Below are positions 13,919 to 25,938 of a DNA stretch of 64,000 nt, one piece after another. Origin of the DNA: Octopus sinensis (lineage: Eukaryota); contig NC_043012.1 of NCBI RefSeq assembly GCF_006345805.1, positions 57,474,001-57,538,000 of the forward strand, written 5' to 3'. Under the pieces are notes generated by a model. It saw only the letters and a list, made by a program, of their open reading frames with translations, did no database searches and was not told where the DNA came from. Numbering within the stretch: the stretch's first letter is position 1; each line of letters opens with the position of its first letter. A program made the translations under genes and the position numbers.

Positions 13919-14389
13919 CAAGCTTCCTACCACATAGTTACACTTATATGATTTTCAAATGTGTAAGTTTTGAGGGACATGGAGCTGCATTGTGAATTGT
14001 ATTGTGGGGTTTGCAACATAGTTTCAGGTTTGAAGAAAGAAAGGTCGAGTGAGGTTGAACAAGATAGTACTCTCTTCTTGTGAATTTGTCAAAAGATGGG
14101 TAACAAACAGAAACAGTAAGAGTGGAAGGAACTACTCTAAGCCTGTTCCTGTAGGCTCTGAAAAGCAACTGCTGTGAGATGGCATTTGCCCTCAATGGTT
14201 ACAGTGGTCTTCTGTCTGTGGTGTTCTCTGATGGGTTCTAGCTGGAGCTCCTTTGGTATCAAGAGGACCATATTCAACAGGTATTCATACATTTGTATGC
14301 TATCTGTATTTAGTTTTATATCATTCCAGCTTTTCTCCTTCTTCCTTATTCCATTTTATGTAACCTTCCCCCAACACCCACACTATACT

Positions 14390-14808
14390 CTTTACTCTCT
14401 CTTTTACTCTTTTACTTGTTTCAGTCATTTGACTGCGGCCATGCTGGAGCACCGCCTGTAGTTGAGCAAATCGACCCCGGGACTTATTCTTTGTAAGCCC
14501 AGTACTTGTTCTATCGGTCTCTTTTGCCGAACTGCTAAGTGACGGGGACATAAACACACCAGCATCGGTTGTCAAGCAATGCTAGGGGAACAAACACAGA
14601 CACACAAACATATACACACACACTTATATATATATACACATATATACGACAGGCTTCTTTCAGTTTCCGTCTACCAAATCCACTCACAAGGCATTGGTCG
14701 GCCCGGGGCTATAGCAGAAGACACTTGCCCAAGATGCTACGCAGTGGGACTGAACCCGGAACCATGTGGTTGGTTAGCAAGCTACTTACCACACAGCCAC
14801 TCCTGCGC
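14390..14808 (-). mobile_element. SINE family A, full-length young copy
   Basis: Highly similar to 5461-5880. Confidence 0.9.
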
Positions 14809-14839
14809 TTGTATATGTAACCTCTCTTTGTAATGTCAC

Positions 14840-15330
14840 CTTCATCATCGAAATTGAAATCAAATTCAATGACTGGCATCCGTGCTAGTGGAGCGCTAAG
14901 AGTACCATATGAGTGTGATCGTTGCCAGAGCAACAAGCTGGCCTCTGTGCCGATGGCATGTAAAAAAGCATCATTCGAGAGTGATCGTTTCCTACGTCGC
15001 CTTACTGGCACTTGTGCTGGTAGCACATGAAAAAACATTCAAACGAGGTCGTTGCCAGTGCCCCTGGACTGGCTCTTGTGCAGGTGGCACATAAAAAGAA
15101 CCATTTGAGCGTGGCCGCTGCCAGTTTGGCCTGACTGGCCCTCGTGCCAGTGACACCTAAAAGCACCCACTACACTGTCAGAGTGGTTGGCGTTAGGAAG
15201 GGCATCTAGCCGTAGAAATTCTGCCAGATCAGATTGGAGTCTGCTGCAGCCATCTGGTTCGCCAGACCTCAGTCAAATCGTCCAACCCATGCTAACATGG
15301 AAAGCGGATGTTAAATGATGATGATCATCA
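14840..15330 (+). mobile_element. RTE LINE 3' UTR fragment (subfamily related to the 27.6-kb element)
   Basis: Repeated 'gtg..ggtggcacataaaaag' modules, 'gagtggttggcgttaggaagggcatc', 'tccaacccatgctaacatggaaagcggatgttaaatgatgatg'; homologous to 29830-30093. Confidence 0.8.
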
Positions 15331-15931
15331 TCAAGTAGAGAGGCATATGATGATGATCATGATCATCATCATCATATGCCTCTCTGGCAAATACACCGTC
15401 ACCATCATCATTATCAAAATAAATCATTATTTTATTATTATTGCCATCATTGTTGTTATTATCATCACCACCATCATCATCATTATTATAGTCATTATTA
15501 TCATCATCATTATTATTATTGTCATTATTATCATTATTATTGGGAGGAAATTCTATTTCTACATTTCCTGTAGTTTTGAAATCTTTAAAATAAAATTTCT
15601 AACAAAATGTTTGTTTGAAAATAATAGATGCTTGCCTCATGAATCATTTTCTTCAACAGAAATACTGTTACCATTCCGATCAATGTGCGTATGTTTATTT
15701 TATATGTCTATTTCCATGACTACTTCTCAAAAGAAGTCTCCAGCAGCTGTTTTTCCACAAAACAATATATACTTATAACATAAGAACATTTCTCACTTTG
15801 TCATTTGATAAGCATGAGCTCATTTCGCTAAAACCATTCCGTCTTTCTTGTTTCAATGAAACTCTGTATACATACACACAAAGCTTGAAACCAATAATAT
15901 ATACATACATACATACATACAAATATATATA

Positions 15932-15974
<43 letters not shown>

Positions 15975-15984
15975 CATATGTTCC

Positions 15985-16998
15985 TTATTCTTTTATTTGT
16001 TTCAGTCATTTTGACTGTGGCCATGCTGGAGCGCAGCCTTTAGTCAAGCAAATTGACCGCAGGACTTATTGTTTGTAAGCATAGTACTTATTTTGTTGGT
16101 CTTTCTCTTGCCGAACCGCTAAGTGATGGGGATGTAAAGACACCAGCATCGGTTGTCAAGCGATGTTGCGGGGGACAAACACAGACACACAAACATATAC
16201 ATACATATATATATATATATATACATGGGCGGCAAGCTTGCAGAACCGTTAGCGCGCCAGGCGAAATGCATAACCTTATTTCGTCTGCCGTTACGTTCTG
16301 AGTTCACATTCCTCCGAGGTCGACTTTGCCTTTCATCCTTTCGGGGGTCGATAAATTAAGTACCAGTAACGCACTGGGGTCGATGTAATCGACTTAATTT
16401 CTTTTATAGGTGCAAGAGTGGCTGTGTGGTAAGTAGCTTGTTTACCAACCACATGGTTCCGGGTTCAGTCCCACTGCGTGGCACCTTGGGCAAGTGTCTT
16501 CTACTATAGCCTCAGGCCGACCAATGCCTTGTGAGTGGATTTGGTAGACGGAAACTGAAAGAAGCCCATCGTATATATGTATATATATGTATGTGTATGT
16601 GTGTGTGTTTGTGTGTTTGTCCCCCTAGCACTGCTTGACAATCGATGCTGGTGTGTTTATGTCCCTGTCACTTAGCAGTTCGGCAAAAGAGACCGATAGA
16701 ATAAGTACTGGGCTTACAAAGAATAAGTGCCAGGGTCGAATTGCTCGATTAAAGGCGGTGCTCCAGCATGGCTGCAGTCAAATGACTGAAACAAGTAAAA
16801 AGAGTATACATACATACATACATACATATACATACATATATATGACGGGTTTCTGTCTACCAAATCCACTCACAAGGCTGAGGTCAGCTCGAGGCTATAG
16901 TAGTAGAAGACACTTGACCCAAGATGCCATGCAGTGGGACTGAACCCGGAACCATGAGGTTGGTAAGCAGGCTACTTACCACACAGCCACTCCTGCAC
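15985..16998. mobile_element. Nested SINEs: minus-strand family A split by family B (16228-16398, +) and family A (16408-16805, +)
   Basis: The A tail half (15985-16225) and A head half (16840-16998) are separated at the internal (TA)n tract by two plus-strand elements. Confidence 0.8.
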
Positions 16999-17017
16999 AT
17001 ATATATATATATATATA

Positions 17018-17360
17018 TGAAGGTGCATGGCTCAGTGGTTACAGTGTTATGCTCACAATCACAAGGTAGTGAGTTCGATTACTGGACCAGGCTGTGTGTT
17101 GTGTTCTTGAGCAAGACTCTTTATTTCACTTTGCTCCAGTTCACTCAGCTGTAGAAATGAGTTGTGATGTTACTGGTGCCAATCTGTATCAACCTTTGCC
17201 TTTCCCTTGGATAACATTGGTGCTGTGGAGAGGGGAGGGTTGGTATGCATAGGCGACTACTGGTCTTCCATAAACAACACTTGCTTGGACTTGTTTCTTG
17301 GAGGGTAACTTTCTAGGTGCAATCCCATGGTCATTCATGCCCAAAGGGGGTCTTTACTCT
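17018..17360 (+). mobile_element. SINE family D, full-length (tRNA-like head, CORE-like 'gtgttcttgagcaagac')
   Basis: tgaaggtgcatggctcagtggtt (box A), gagttcgattac (box B); other copies at 34005-34330 (-), 35588-35742 (-) and 50580-50862 (+). Confidence 0.85.
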
Positions 17361-17384
17361 TTATATATATATATATATATATAT

Positions 17385-17589
17385 AATGGGAAGGTTTACG
17401 AAAATAAACAAAAAACGAAGGCAGGTGGAGTACAAACAAACAAATGTATTAGTATGGCGCTCAGGAATAGAAATAGAACAAGTCTTTTACGTTTCGAGCC
17501 TACGCTCTTCGACAGAAAGATACACAGAAAAAAACAAGGAGAGAAAAAAATGCGTGTAGGAGCTAACGATCTATCATGGCGTCCTGACT
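17385..17589 (-). mobile_element. Short hammerhead-bearing element (Penelope pLTR-like) inside (TA)n
   Basis: Homologous to 44300-44452 (+) and 53361-53432 (+, partial); flanked by TA repeats; contains the motif at 17483-17520. Confidence 0.7.
17483..17520 (-). ncRNA. Minimal type I hammerhead-like motif with variant core CUGUCGA
   Basis: Minus strand: UCUUU-CUGUCGA-A-GAGC(GUAG)GCUC-GAAACGUA-AAAGA. Stems I and II pair perfectly; the core differs from CUGANGA at A6. Confidence 0.65.
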
Positions 17590-18867
17590 ATATATATATC
17601 CTTAAATCCTTAAAAATGTTTTAGCCTGAAGGCTGCGGCACCACCGCTGAATGAGCTACACTAATATGTGAATCCACCTCTGATACGTGGCACTTGGTCA
17701 ATAAGGGAGTTCGATGCCGCTGCCCGCATCTGTGTCTCCTTATATATATATAAAAGCTTAAAAGCTATCTGATAGGGTGACTTTTAAGCTAGCTCCTGTG
17801 GAGTACAGTTTACTGGGCCATGGGCCCAACAATGAAAATTCATGCATTGAGTACATATCAAATTTTATTAAACTTCAACAATATTTTTCAAGCAATGAAC
17901 AATTTTCATCAAGACAGTACTGTAATTTGTTGACTTTGAACTTATTGCAAAGCTGCATGATAAACAACAGTACCACCACCATTGCCACCACATCTGCCAT
18001 ACACATACCATTCAGACTTCTGATGCCACCACTATCAATACCTTTGACTTTGCTGCTTTCCCCTCCATCACCTTTCACATCCCTGATTCTCACTTCATCC
18101 TTCACTACCTCGGCTACCATTACCACCACCATCATCACTGCCACCTCTATCACAACTACAGCTCATACTATTACTATCACCCCATTACCATCACAAAAAG
18201 GCTAAATGTGTTTGTTTGTTCATTATGTTATTCAGCAGGTTACTTCCATGTTTAGTCCCTCTTTCTCTCACATACCCACTCTTTCTCTCTCTCATTATTA
18301 CTCCCACTGTCACCATCAACACTACAACTTTTAATAAAAACATCAACACTCCCTAAATTTCTTTGTCTCTCCCTCCTTTTCTTTCTCTGTCTTTCTCTAT
18401 CTTCACCACCGTCCTCACTGTCTCTATGTCCACTGTTACTCTCACCCCAACATGAGCAATAGTAAGAGTGTCAATGAATAGTGAGAGAGGAGGTCACAGT
18501 GAGAGAGGAGGTCACACACAAAGCAGAATCGGGATAAAAGCAAAGCATGACTCAACTCAGAAACACATGATACAGAAACAAATTCACAACTAGTTTATAA
18601 ATCATCAGAGTTGGTCTATAATTGTAGCTTATCAGAAGTTAATCTGACCAATGAGAGAAGTTTACGTAACCTATTGTCTAACTTAATGTGTTATACCCGT
18701 CAGCTTGTTCTTAAGTGTCATTTTTAATCATGTCTCACCAACTGAGCATCACTTCATTCCGAAAAGGTACTGGTAACATGAAAATAAATTTCTGGACTGT
18801 TAATTAATTGCTTTATCTTAATTGTCATTGTAAGTAACTGCATAGTGACTTTATTACCAGCCTGTGT

Positions 18868-18920
<53 letters not shown>

Positions 18921-18940
18921 TATATATATATAATATATAT

Positions 18941-19360
18941 ATTTAGTGTAGGAAGAAATGGAGCTGAACGAAGACTTAGACAGTTTGTGCCATTTATTCC
19001 ATGGGCTCCTTGTGAGCGTTTGTCGAAAAGCTTGCTGTGCATTTTGTTGGAGAATTAAGTTCCTGGGTTTTCCTGAAGAGAAGGCTGCAAAAATGGACTC
19101 CTTATTCAATCCGAATTAGGGACTTTGCAGCTTTTGAAACATATGTAGAAAATAATAAAAAGGAATTTTGTTTAGTCTTCGTTCAGCTCCATTTCTTCCT
19201 ACACTAAATATATAAAACTTCAAATTTCCGCACTAAGGCACGGATTTTAGACCCCATGGTCGTAACCTCAACCGTGTTTTTCTGCTGTGATTTTTGCTAC
19301 CCAGGTATTGGTTATCATTTGAATAATCCGTAATAAGATAATTCATTTATCTACTTCAAT
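18941..19360 (+). mobile_element. Hammerhead-bearing element with an inverted 5' duplication (Penelope pLTR-like) in (TA)n
   Basis: Perfect ~36-bp inverted repeat 18941-18976 / 19174-19209 enclosing a hammerhead; TA tracts on both sides. Confidence 0.75.
19068..19152 (+). ncRNA. Type I hammerhead ribozyme with long stem II
   Basis: UUUUC-CUGAAGA-GAAGGCUGCAAA...UUUGCAGCUUUU-GAAACAUAUGUA-GAAAA: canonical core, 12-bp stem II (with G-U pairs), palindromic stem III (ACAUAUGU); predicted cleavage after 19147. Confidence 0.85.
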
Positions 19361-19384
19361 AATATATATATATATACATATGTG

Positions 19385-19700
19385 TGGAGGTGCAATGGCC
19401 CAGTGGTTAGGGCAGCAGACTCACGGTCGGAGGATCGCGGTTTCGATTCCCAGACCGAGCGTTGTGTGTGTTTATTGAGCGAAAACACCTAAAGCTCCAC
19501 GAGGCTCCGGCAGGGGGTGGTGGCGATCGCTGCTGTACTCTTTCGCCGCAACTTTCTCTCACTCCTTCTTCTGTTGGCCTGCTCGCTTAGCCAGTGGGGT
19601 GGTGTCATTTGAAGGCTAAAACAATGCGAAGTGCATTGTGACCAGCGATGTGTGGCAACATCTGATAGCCTGGTCTGTGACGTGATCACGTGTGACGTGA
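19385..19700 (+). mobile_element. SINE family C copy
   Basis: Colinear with 7827-8110; flanked by (TA)n. Confidence 0.85.
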
Positions 19701-19839
19701 TATATATATATATATACACTTACGAAGATCATCAACACCATTTAACATCTGTTTTTCAAGTTGGCATGGGTTAGGCAGTTCGACTAGAGCTGTTAAGCCA
19801 GAGGATCGCTCCAGCTCCTTTGTCTGTTTTGGTATGGCT

Positions 19840-20070
19840 TCTTATTTCTTTATTGCCCACAAGGGGCTAAACATAGAGGGGACAAACAAGGACTGACAAA
19901 GGGATTAAGTCGATTACATCAACCCCAGTGCGAAACTAGTACTTAATTTATTGACCCCGAAAGGATGAAAGGCAAAGTCGACCTTGGTGGAGAACTCAGA
20001 CCGTAACGGCAGACGAAATACCACAAAGCATTTCACCCGGTGTTCTAACTCTTCTGCCAGCTTGCTGCCT
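19840..20070 (-). mobile_element. SINE family B monomer (tail 1) interrupting an RTE tail fragment
   Basis: Matches 13690-13918; RTE-tail-like sequence on both sides (19735-19840 and 20113-20160, minus). Confidence 0.75.
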
Positions 20071-20320
20071 TTTAACGCCACCAGCTTGCCACCTTTTAAC
20101 GCTGCCAGCTCTCATGGTTTCTACAGCTGTATACCCATCCGGGTGCCAACTATTTTACAGAACAGTCTACTAGAAAGCAGGTTGTAATTTGCACAAGATT
20201 TGGTTGCTGTTGAGCTCCGATGTCTGTCTGATTTGTTTTTATCAATGGATGTCCTTCTCACTCTCTCTCACACACACACACACACACACCCTAAAGTATA
20301 GAGTATACTAGAAAACAGGA

Positions 20321-21600
20321 TACACTGAACTGCAAAAGAAATGCAAGATGTATGTGACTGTGAAATATGTTTTAATTTCATTATGAGTTGTCAGCCTTGG
20401 GACCACTTGGTTCAGCTATCTCTGGATTTCATCCCACAGGTGTTCAATTGGGTTCAAATCCTGGCTAAGAGCTGGCCATGGCATGGTTCTGATGTTGTGC
20501 TGATGCAGGAAGTGTATGGTGACTCTGGCTGTGTTGGAGGAAGCATTATCCTGCTGGAACACATGGCTCTGGTAATGCTTGAAGAAGGGCACAATGTGAG
20601 GTCTTAGTATCTGGTCAATGTAGCGCTGCGCTGTGATGCCATTCCCTCTGCCTGCACCAACATAAAGGAACACATGGGGTTCAATTCTCTGATTTAGGCC
20701 TATAGCATCTCAAACCATGATGCTTTGGCCACCCCACGTCTCTCTCCATGACACATGCGTCTCTGTAGCATTCACTCCTCCTATGCCACACCCTCACTCT
20801 GCTATCCAATGTGGAAATGCAGTATCGGTTCTCATTAGAGAAGATTATAGACTTCTATTGTTGATCCCACCAATGTTGGTACTGTGTAGCCCACTGTAGA
20901 CGTGCCTGACCATGGTGGGCAGTGAGGACAGGCTTTTGAGCAGAATGAAGGCTAACGCAAGTTGTTGGTGGCCAGTCGATGTCATACCGTGTTGTCGCTG
21001 ATGGATTGTTGTCCAGTGCCAATGGTCTCATGAGCTGCAATACTGGCCAGTCTGAAGCGATCACAGAGGTGTTGCAGGTGGATAAAGCGGTCTTACATGG
21101 GTGTGGTCACCCAGAGGTGCCCTCTGTGGGCATGGCCTACAATGCTGTTGGTGTTGTATTGCTGTTGCTGGCAATAGATGGTGCTGACATGGACATTGTA
21201 AGCTTTTGCAACAACCAGGGCAAACACAGTTCTGCTTGCAATTGGCTGATAGGTTGTTCTCTCTGCACTGCTGTCAATTGGGTCATACCTGATGCATCCA
21301 AATTACAAATGCCAGGAATGCAATTCAAGTTAATTTTTATACCCATAACCTCCATGAGATGCATGTGCATTTTGGTTTTCATGACAATTGTTTGCGACTG
21401 CCACCCATGGCATTCAACACAATTGTATTTTGGCATCTTGTTTCAGGGAATGCTGAAAGGTTATCTGCAATTTGAGTCTCAGCCATAAACCATTATGTCT
21501 TTGAATATTTACACTTCCATCACTGAAATAAATTTTCAGAATTTACCGTATAAAAGTGACATTTGATTTTTTCAAACGTTTCTTTGGCATTTCCACTGTA
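20321..21600 (-). mobile_element. Decayed Tc1-family DNA transposon (DD34E transposase pseudogene)
   Basis: Minus-strand peptides 'VFQQDNASSNTAR...PWPALSQDLNPIEHLWDEIQR' (34 residues between D and E) and 'KPVLTAHHGQARLQWA'. Imperfect TA-bounded TIRs tacactgaactgcaaaagaaatg / tacagtggaaatgccaaagaaacg. Multiple stops and frameshifts. Confidence 0.9.
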
Positions 21601-21712
21601 TTCTATTGGTTTCTTTTGCCAAACCGCTAAGTTACGGGGATGTTAACACACCAGCTTTAGTTGGCGAGCAATGTTGGGAGGGACAAACACAGACACACAA
21701 ACATATACACAC

Positions 21713-21768
<56 letters not shown>

Positions 21769-22103
21769 TACACTCGCGGAGTGGTTGGTGTTAGGAAGGG
21801 CATCCAGCTGTAGAAACACTGCCAGATCAGACTGGAGCCTGGAGCAGCCCCTGGCTCCCCAGACCCCGGTCGAACCGTCTAACCTGTGCTAGCGCGGAAA
21901 ACAGACGTTAAACGATGATGATGATAATGATATATATATATATATATATATATACGATGGGCTTCTTTCAATTCTGTCTACCAAATCCACTCACAAGGCT
22001 TTGGTCAGCTCGAGGCTATAGTAGAAGACACTTGTCCAAGGTGCCACGCAGTGGGACTGAACTGGAAACCATGCGGTTAGTAAGCAAGCTACTTACCACA
22101 CAG
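21601..22103 (-). mobile_element. SINE family A interrupted at its (TA)n by an RTE 3' tail (21768-21930, +)
   Basis: The A halves flank 'ctacactcgcggagtggttggtgttaggaagggcatcc...gacgttaaacgatgatg'. Confidence 0.8.
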
Positions 22104-22257
22104 TATGTATATATATATAATGTAGATCAAAACTGTCACAAAAGTATGTTTGAATTCCTTTTTAATATATGATCAGATGGAAATCACCAAAAAAAAAAAA
22201 GAAAAATCAGACACAGCAGATATACTTAATCCACAAACTTAAAGATTAACCAATATA

Positions 22258-22293
<36 letters not shown>

Positions 22294-23392
22294 ATCATGA
22301 GCTTGTGTTTGCAAATAGTTTTACGAAAGAATTTTAATATATATACCTGTGCGATTGTATATTACTTATTCTTTTTGTGCTTTTTCTTTTCTTTTTTTTT
22401 TTTGCCTAAATCGTCTAAAAACGGAAAAATAGATGACATAAAAATGGTTTATATGCCTACTGTGTGCTTGAAAATAGGGTGGGTTTTGTTTTTTCGTTTC
22501 CTTCCTGCAAAAGTTTCTATTTTATTTGATCCGTAAGTTTTTCCTAACAAATCTCTTTAAAAAAGAAAAGAAGAAATCGTAGAAGAAGTATTTTTTAAAC
22601 ACCTGAATGTTTGTAAAAGATTTTGTATGTTTTTTTTTCTTCTATTTTTTTTTTTTTTTGTCCCAACTAAATTTAGTTGGTAAAAATATATTCACTAGCT
22701 TTCAAGCAGATTAATGTAGGTCTGTTTTGATAATTCTCTGTATTATTAATACAATGATCTCTCTCTCTCTCTCACACACTCAAAGACATATCCTAAAAAC
22801 ATTGAGGTATGTTAGTGTTCTTTGAGGAGAGAAAACTATTTCAGTTTCTTCTGATTCAAAGAGGCTTCTTTAAGGAATGGAAAACACATTCTTTGGTAAT
22901 CATCATCATTATCATCATCATCATCATTGCCAGTATAATAGGCCCAACATATATTGGGCCTATTTTTACTTTGTTTTTGATAATAATAATAATAATAATA
23001 ATAGTTTTAAATTTTGGTACAAGGCGAGCAAGTTCAGGGAAGGGGATAAGTCGATTACATTGACCCCAGTGCTTAACTGGTACTTTATTTCCACAACCCT
23101 GTAAAGATGGAAGGCAAAGTTGACCTTGGCAGAGCTGGAACTTAGAACGGAATGCTGTTAAGCATTTTGCTCAGCATGCTAATAATTACGCCAGCTCGAA
23201 TCCTTTCTGCTATAGGCACAAGGCCTGTAATCGTAGGGGAGGGGTCAATCAGTCACATCGACCCCAGTACTTGACTGGTACTTAATTTATCGCGCTCCTT
23301 GGTGGAATTTTAACTCAGAACATAAAGATGGACAAAATTTTGTTTGGTGTGGTAATTTTCTTCCAGCTCATCATCTTAATGATGATAATAAT

Positions 23393-23640
23393 GACAAGAA
23401 CATCCAGAGAATGCAAACCCCAGCCAAGGCAACACCAACATCTTCTCAAGGATTAGCCAGAGATGATTTTTGAAATGAAGATATCTGAAATAGTCTTGAC
23501 TGCTCTCACTAACAAGAATACTAAAAATGAACCCGGCCACTCTCAAAAATTAAGTAAAAACACTAGAATAATCCAGAATCCTTGTCCGGTACCGGATTTA
23601 TTCCAAAATTTAATCAGTCTGTGCCAGTCAGGAGGCCAAC
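23393..23640 (+). mobile_element. Probable Helentron-associated/DINE-like non-autonomous element fragment
   Basis: Begins 'acaagaacatccagagaatgcaaacccc', with internal 'tccggtaccgga' palindrome and 'aaaatttaatcagtc'. The classification is from recall of mollusc HINE-like repeats; single copy here. Confidence 0.35.
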
Positions 23641-23644
23641 CATC

Positions 23645-23866
23645 ACAGAAGGTCTGCAAATCTAACGGAGGCCTCAAAAGACATTTTAAAACCCCACAAA
23701 GATCAGAACTTATCTGCAGCTCTTGGTTGTCCAAATCAGATATGCAATCTGAGTGGGTGTCTTTTCAGAACATTGTCTGGTTTAATAATTAAACATCAGA
23801 TGCCATGATGGTTCTAAGGTGTAGGTACAGGAAGTGGTGAAACTCTGCATAAGGAGTAGACAACCA

Positions 23867-23917
<51 letters not shown>

Positions 23918-24550
23918 GCAACCACCACCATCTTAAGGGCACAAAACGATCGAAAAATAAATATAAACAGCAACAGAGGAGACCTATGACACCAACAAAA
24001 ACAAAATACAACCTCATTTCATCTCCTACAGCCAAACAAAGAAGACAGAACTATGGGAAAACCATAGCACCAAATAACATAAACATGAACTATATATCAT
24101 CTGACCTAGTGGCAAACCAAAACTCTTTTTTACTAGCTTATCTAGAAAATATGAAGGCCGACCTAAGTCAGGAGATCCATCAAGCTATCAGCAACCATTT
24201 ATGCAAAACACAAGGAATATACACCCACCACCAACTAGAAAATCACGCTTACACAGCTCCATGCAAAAACTACCCTTACTGCTACTTCTGAACAACGTAA
24301 AACATAACTCTGAGCTCTTAGAATAATGCAAACATCAAACCACCCTTACCTTGACGCTCCTCTTAAATGTGTATGGCATCAATCCATCACTCATTGCTCA
24401 AATATGGAAGATCCCATACATAGAGTGTTGGCTTGCCAAAACGGCACATTGCTTCCCTTTCTTTATCCTTACGGAAACTCACCTAAACAGCACACATGGA
24501 TGCCGAGGTGAAAATAAAAAAAATTACCATCTATGCAGATCGCACAAATA
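23645..24550 (+). mobile_element. Decayed 5' portion of a LINE (possible ORF1 remnant plus start of APE endonuclease)
   Basis: 24351 ORF 'LLLNVYGINP...KIPYI...FILTETHL' then 'NYHLCRS' fits the APE N-terminal NxxG, TET and RxDR motifs. Upstream 'VCKSNGGLKRH' is zinc-finger-like (weak). Confidence 0.55.
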
Positions 24551-24599
24551 CCACATGATTCATAATATATATAAATTAGTAAAATATTTATTTATACAT

Positions 24600-24677
24600 G
24601 AAAATAGGAGTGGGGGCTCTGAGGGTATTATGTTGCCATGAGTGGGGGCAGTGGCCCAAAAAGTTTGAGAACCTCTG
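24600..24677 (+). mobile_element. hAT-like MITE terminus
   Basis: 'ggggcagtggcccaaaaagtttgagaacctctg' resembles hAT-Charlie-type ends; the partner end was not found. Confidence 0.35.
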
Positions 24678-24791
24678 ATCTGCACCATGCCTTATACTAT
24701 GTTCTTTATGTATAAATTTTATCAGTTAACGGTTTGCAGCAGTTTACTCAACTTGCAGGAATTGAACACCTATTTTGTATATCTTAAACTA

Positions 24792-24874
24792 CCTCTGACG
24801 AGATTCAACTTTCAAATAATTTTTAATTTTATTAATTAATTTTCTGAAGGTCCGGAATTGAAACAGCTGTAAGG
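24792..24874 (+). ncRNA. Type I hammerhead ribozyme with AT-rich expanded stem II
   Basis: CCU-CUGACGA-GAUUC...GAAUU-GAAACAGCUGUA-AGG: canonical core, palindromic stem III (ACAGCUGU), short stem I; predicted cleavage after 24871. Confidence 0.7.
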
Positions 24875-24954
24875 GATGGTTGTCAATTTTTTTAATTAAT
24901 AAATTATAATTTATCAATTACCTCTCTATTCTTTATCTTATTATAGTAAATATA

Positions 24955-25362
24955 TCTCTTTTACTCTTTTAATTGTTTCAGTCCTTTGACTGTGTCCATG
25001 CTGGAGCACAGCCTTTTTAGTCAAGCAAATCAACCCCAGGACTTATACTTTGTAAGCCTAGTACTTATTCTATCGGTCTCTTTTGCCGAACCGCTAAGTT
25101 ACGGGGATGTAAACACACCACCATCGGTTGTCAAGTGATGTTGGGGGGACAAACGCAAACACATAAACACACACATACACACATATATATATATATATAC
25201 GACAGGCTTCTTTCAGTTTCCATCTACCAAATCCACTCACAAGGCTTTGGTCGGCCTGAGGCTATAGTAGAAGATACTTGCCCTAGGTGCCACGCAGTGG
25301 GAATGAACCCAGAACCATGTGGTTCATAAGCAAGCTACTTACCACACAGCCACTCCTGCGCC
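24955..25362 (-). mobile_element. SINE family A, full-length
   Basis: Colinear with the other family A copies. Confidence 0.88.
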
Positions 25363-25719
25363 TATATAACCATATATAAACCATGGTATTTATTGTTACC
25401 TTGTAATTGAGTATTAACTATAATGATCAACATTATTTGTATAAGTAACTAGCCAGTACTTTCATAGGATTTTGCTATCTATCAATGCGGGATACATACG
25501 CACACATACACACATGATGGCCTCCTTTCAATTTCTGTCTACCAAATCTACTCTCAAGGATTTGGTTGGCATCCAACATGCCACACAGTAGGACTGAACC
25601 TAGAACCTAACTTCTTACCACACAGCCACACTTGCACCTATATGCTAATATGTACATTTATGTGTGGTGAATGTATGTTTTTTTGTTTCTTTATCTTAAT
25701 ATTGCTTAACGGCTGCTAA

Positions 25720-25938
25720 TAATCTTTTCTTTTCTAGACACAAGACTTGAAATTTTTTGGGGAAGGGGCCAGTTTATTAGATCAACCCCAGTACACAACT
25801 GGTACATAATTTATCGACTCCGAAAGGATGAAAGGCAAAGTCGACCTCGGCAGAATTTGAAATCAGGGTGTAAAGACAGATGAAATACCTCTAAGCATTT
25901 TGCCCGGCGTGATAACGTTTCTGCCAGCTTGCCACCTT
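25720..25938 (-). mobile_element. SINE family B monomer (tail 2)
   Basis: Full head-to-tail match to family B. Confidence 0.8.

Noticed and set aside
15308-15778. Poly-Ile ORF resembling a membrane protein
   Set aside because: Translation of (ATC/ATT)n microsatellite following an RTE tail.
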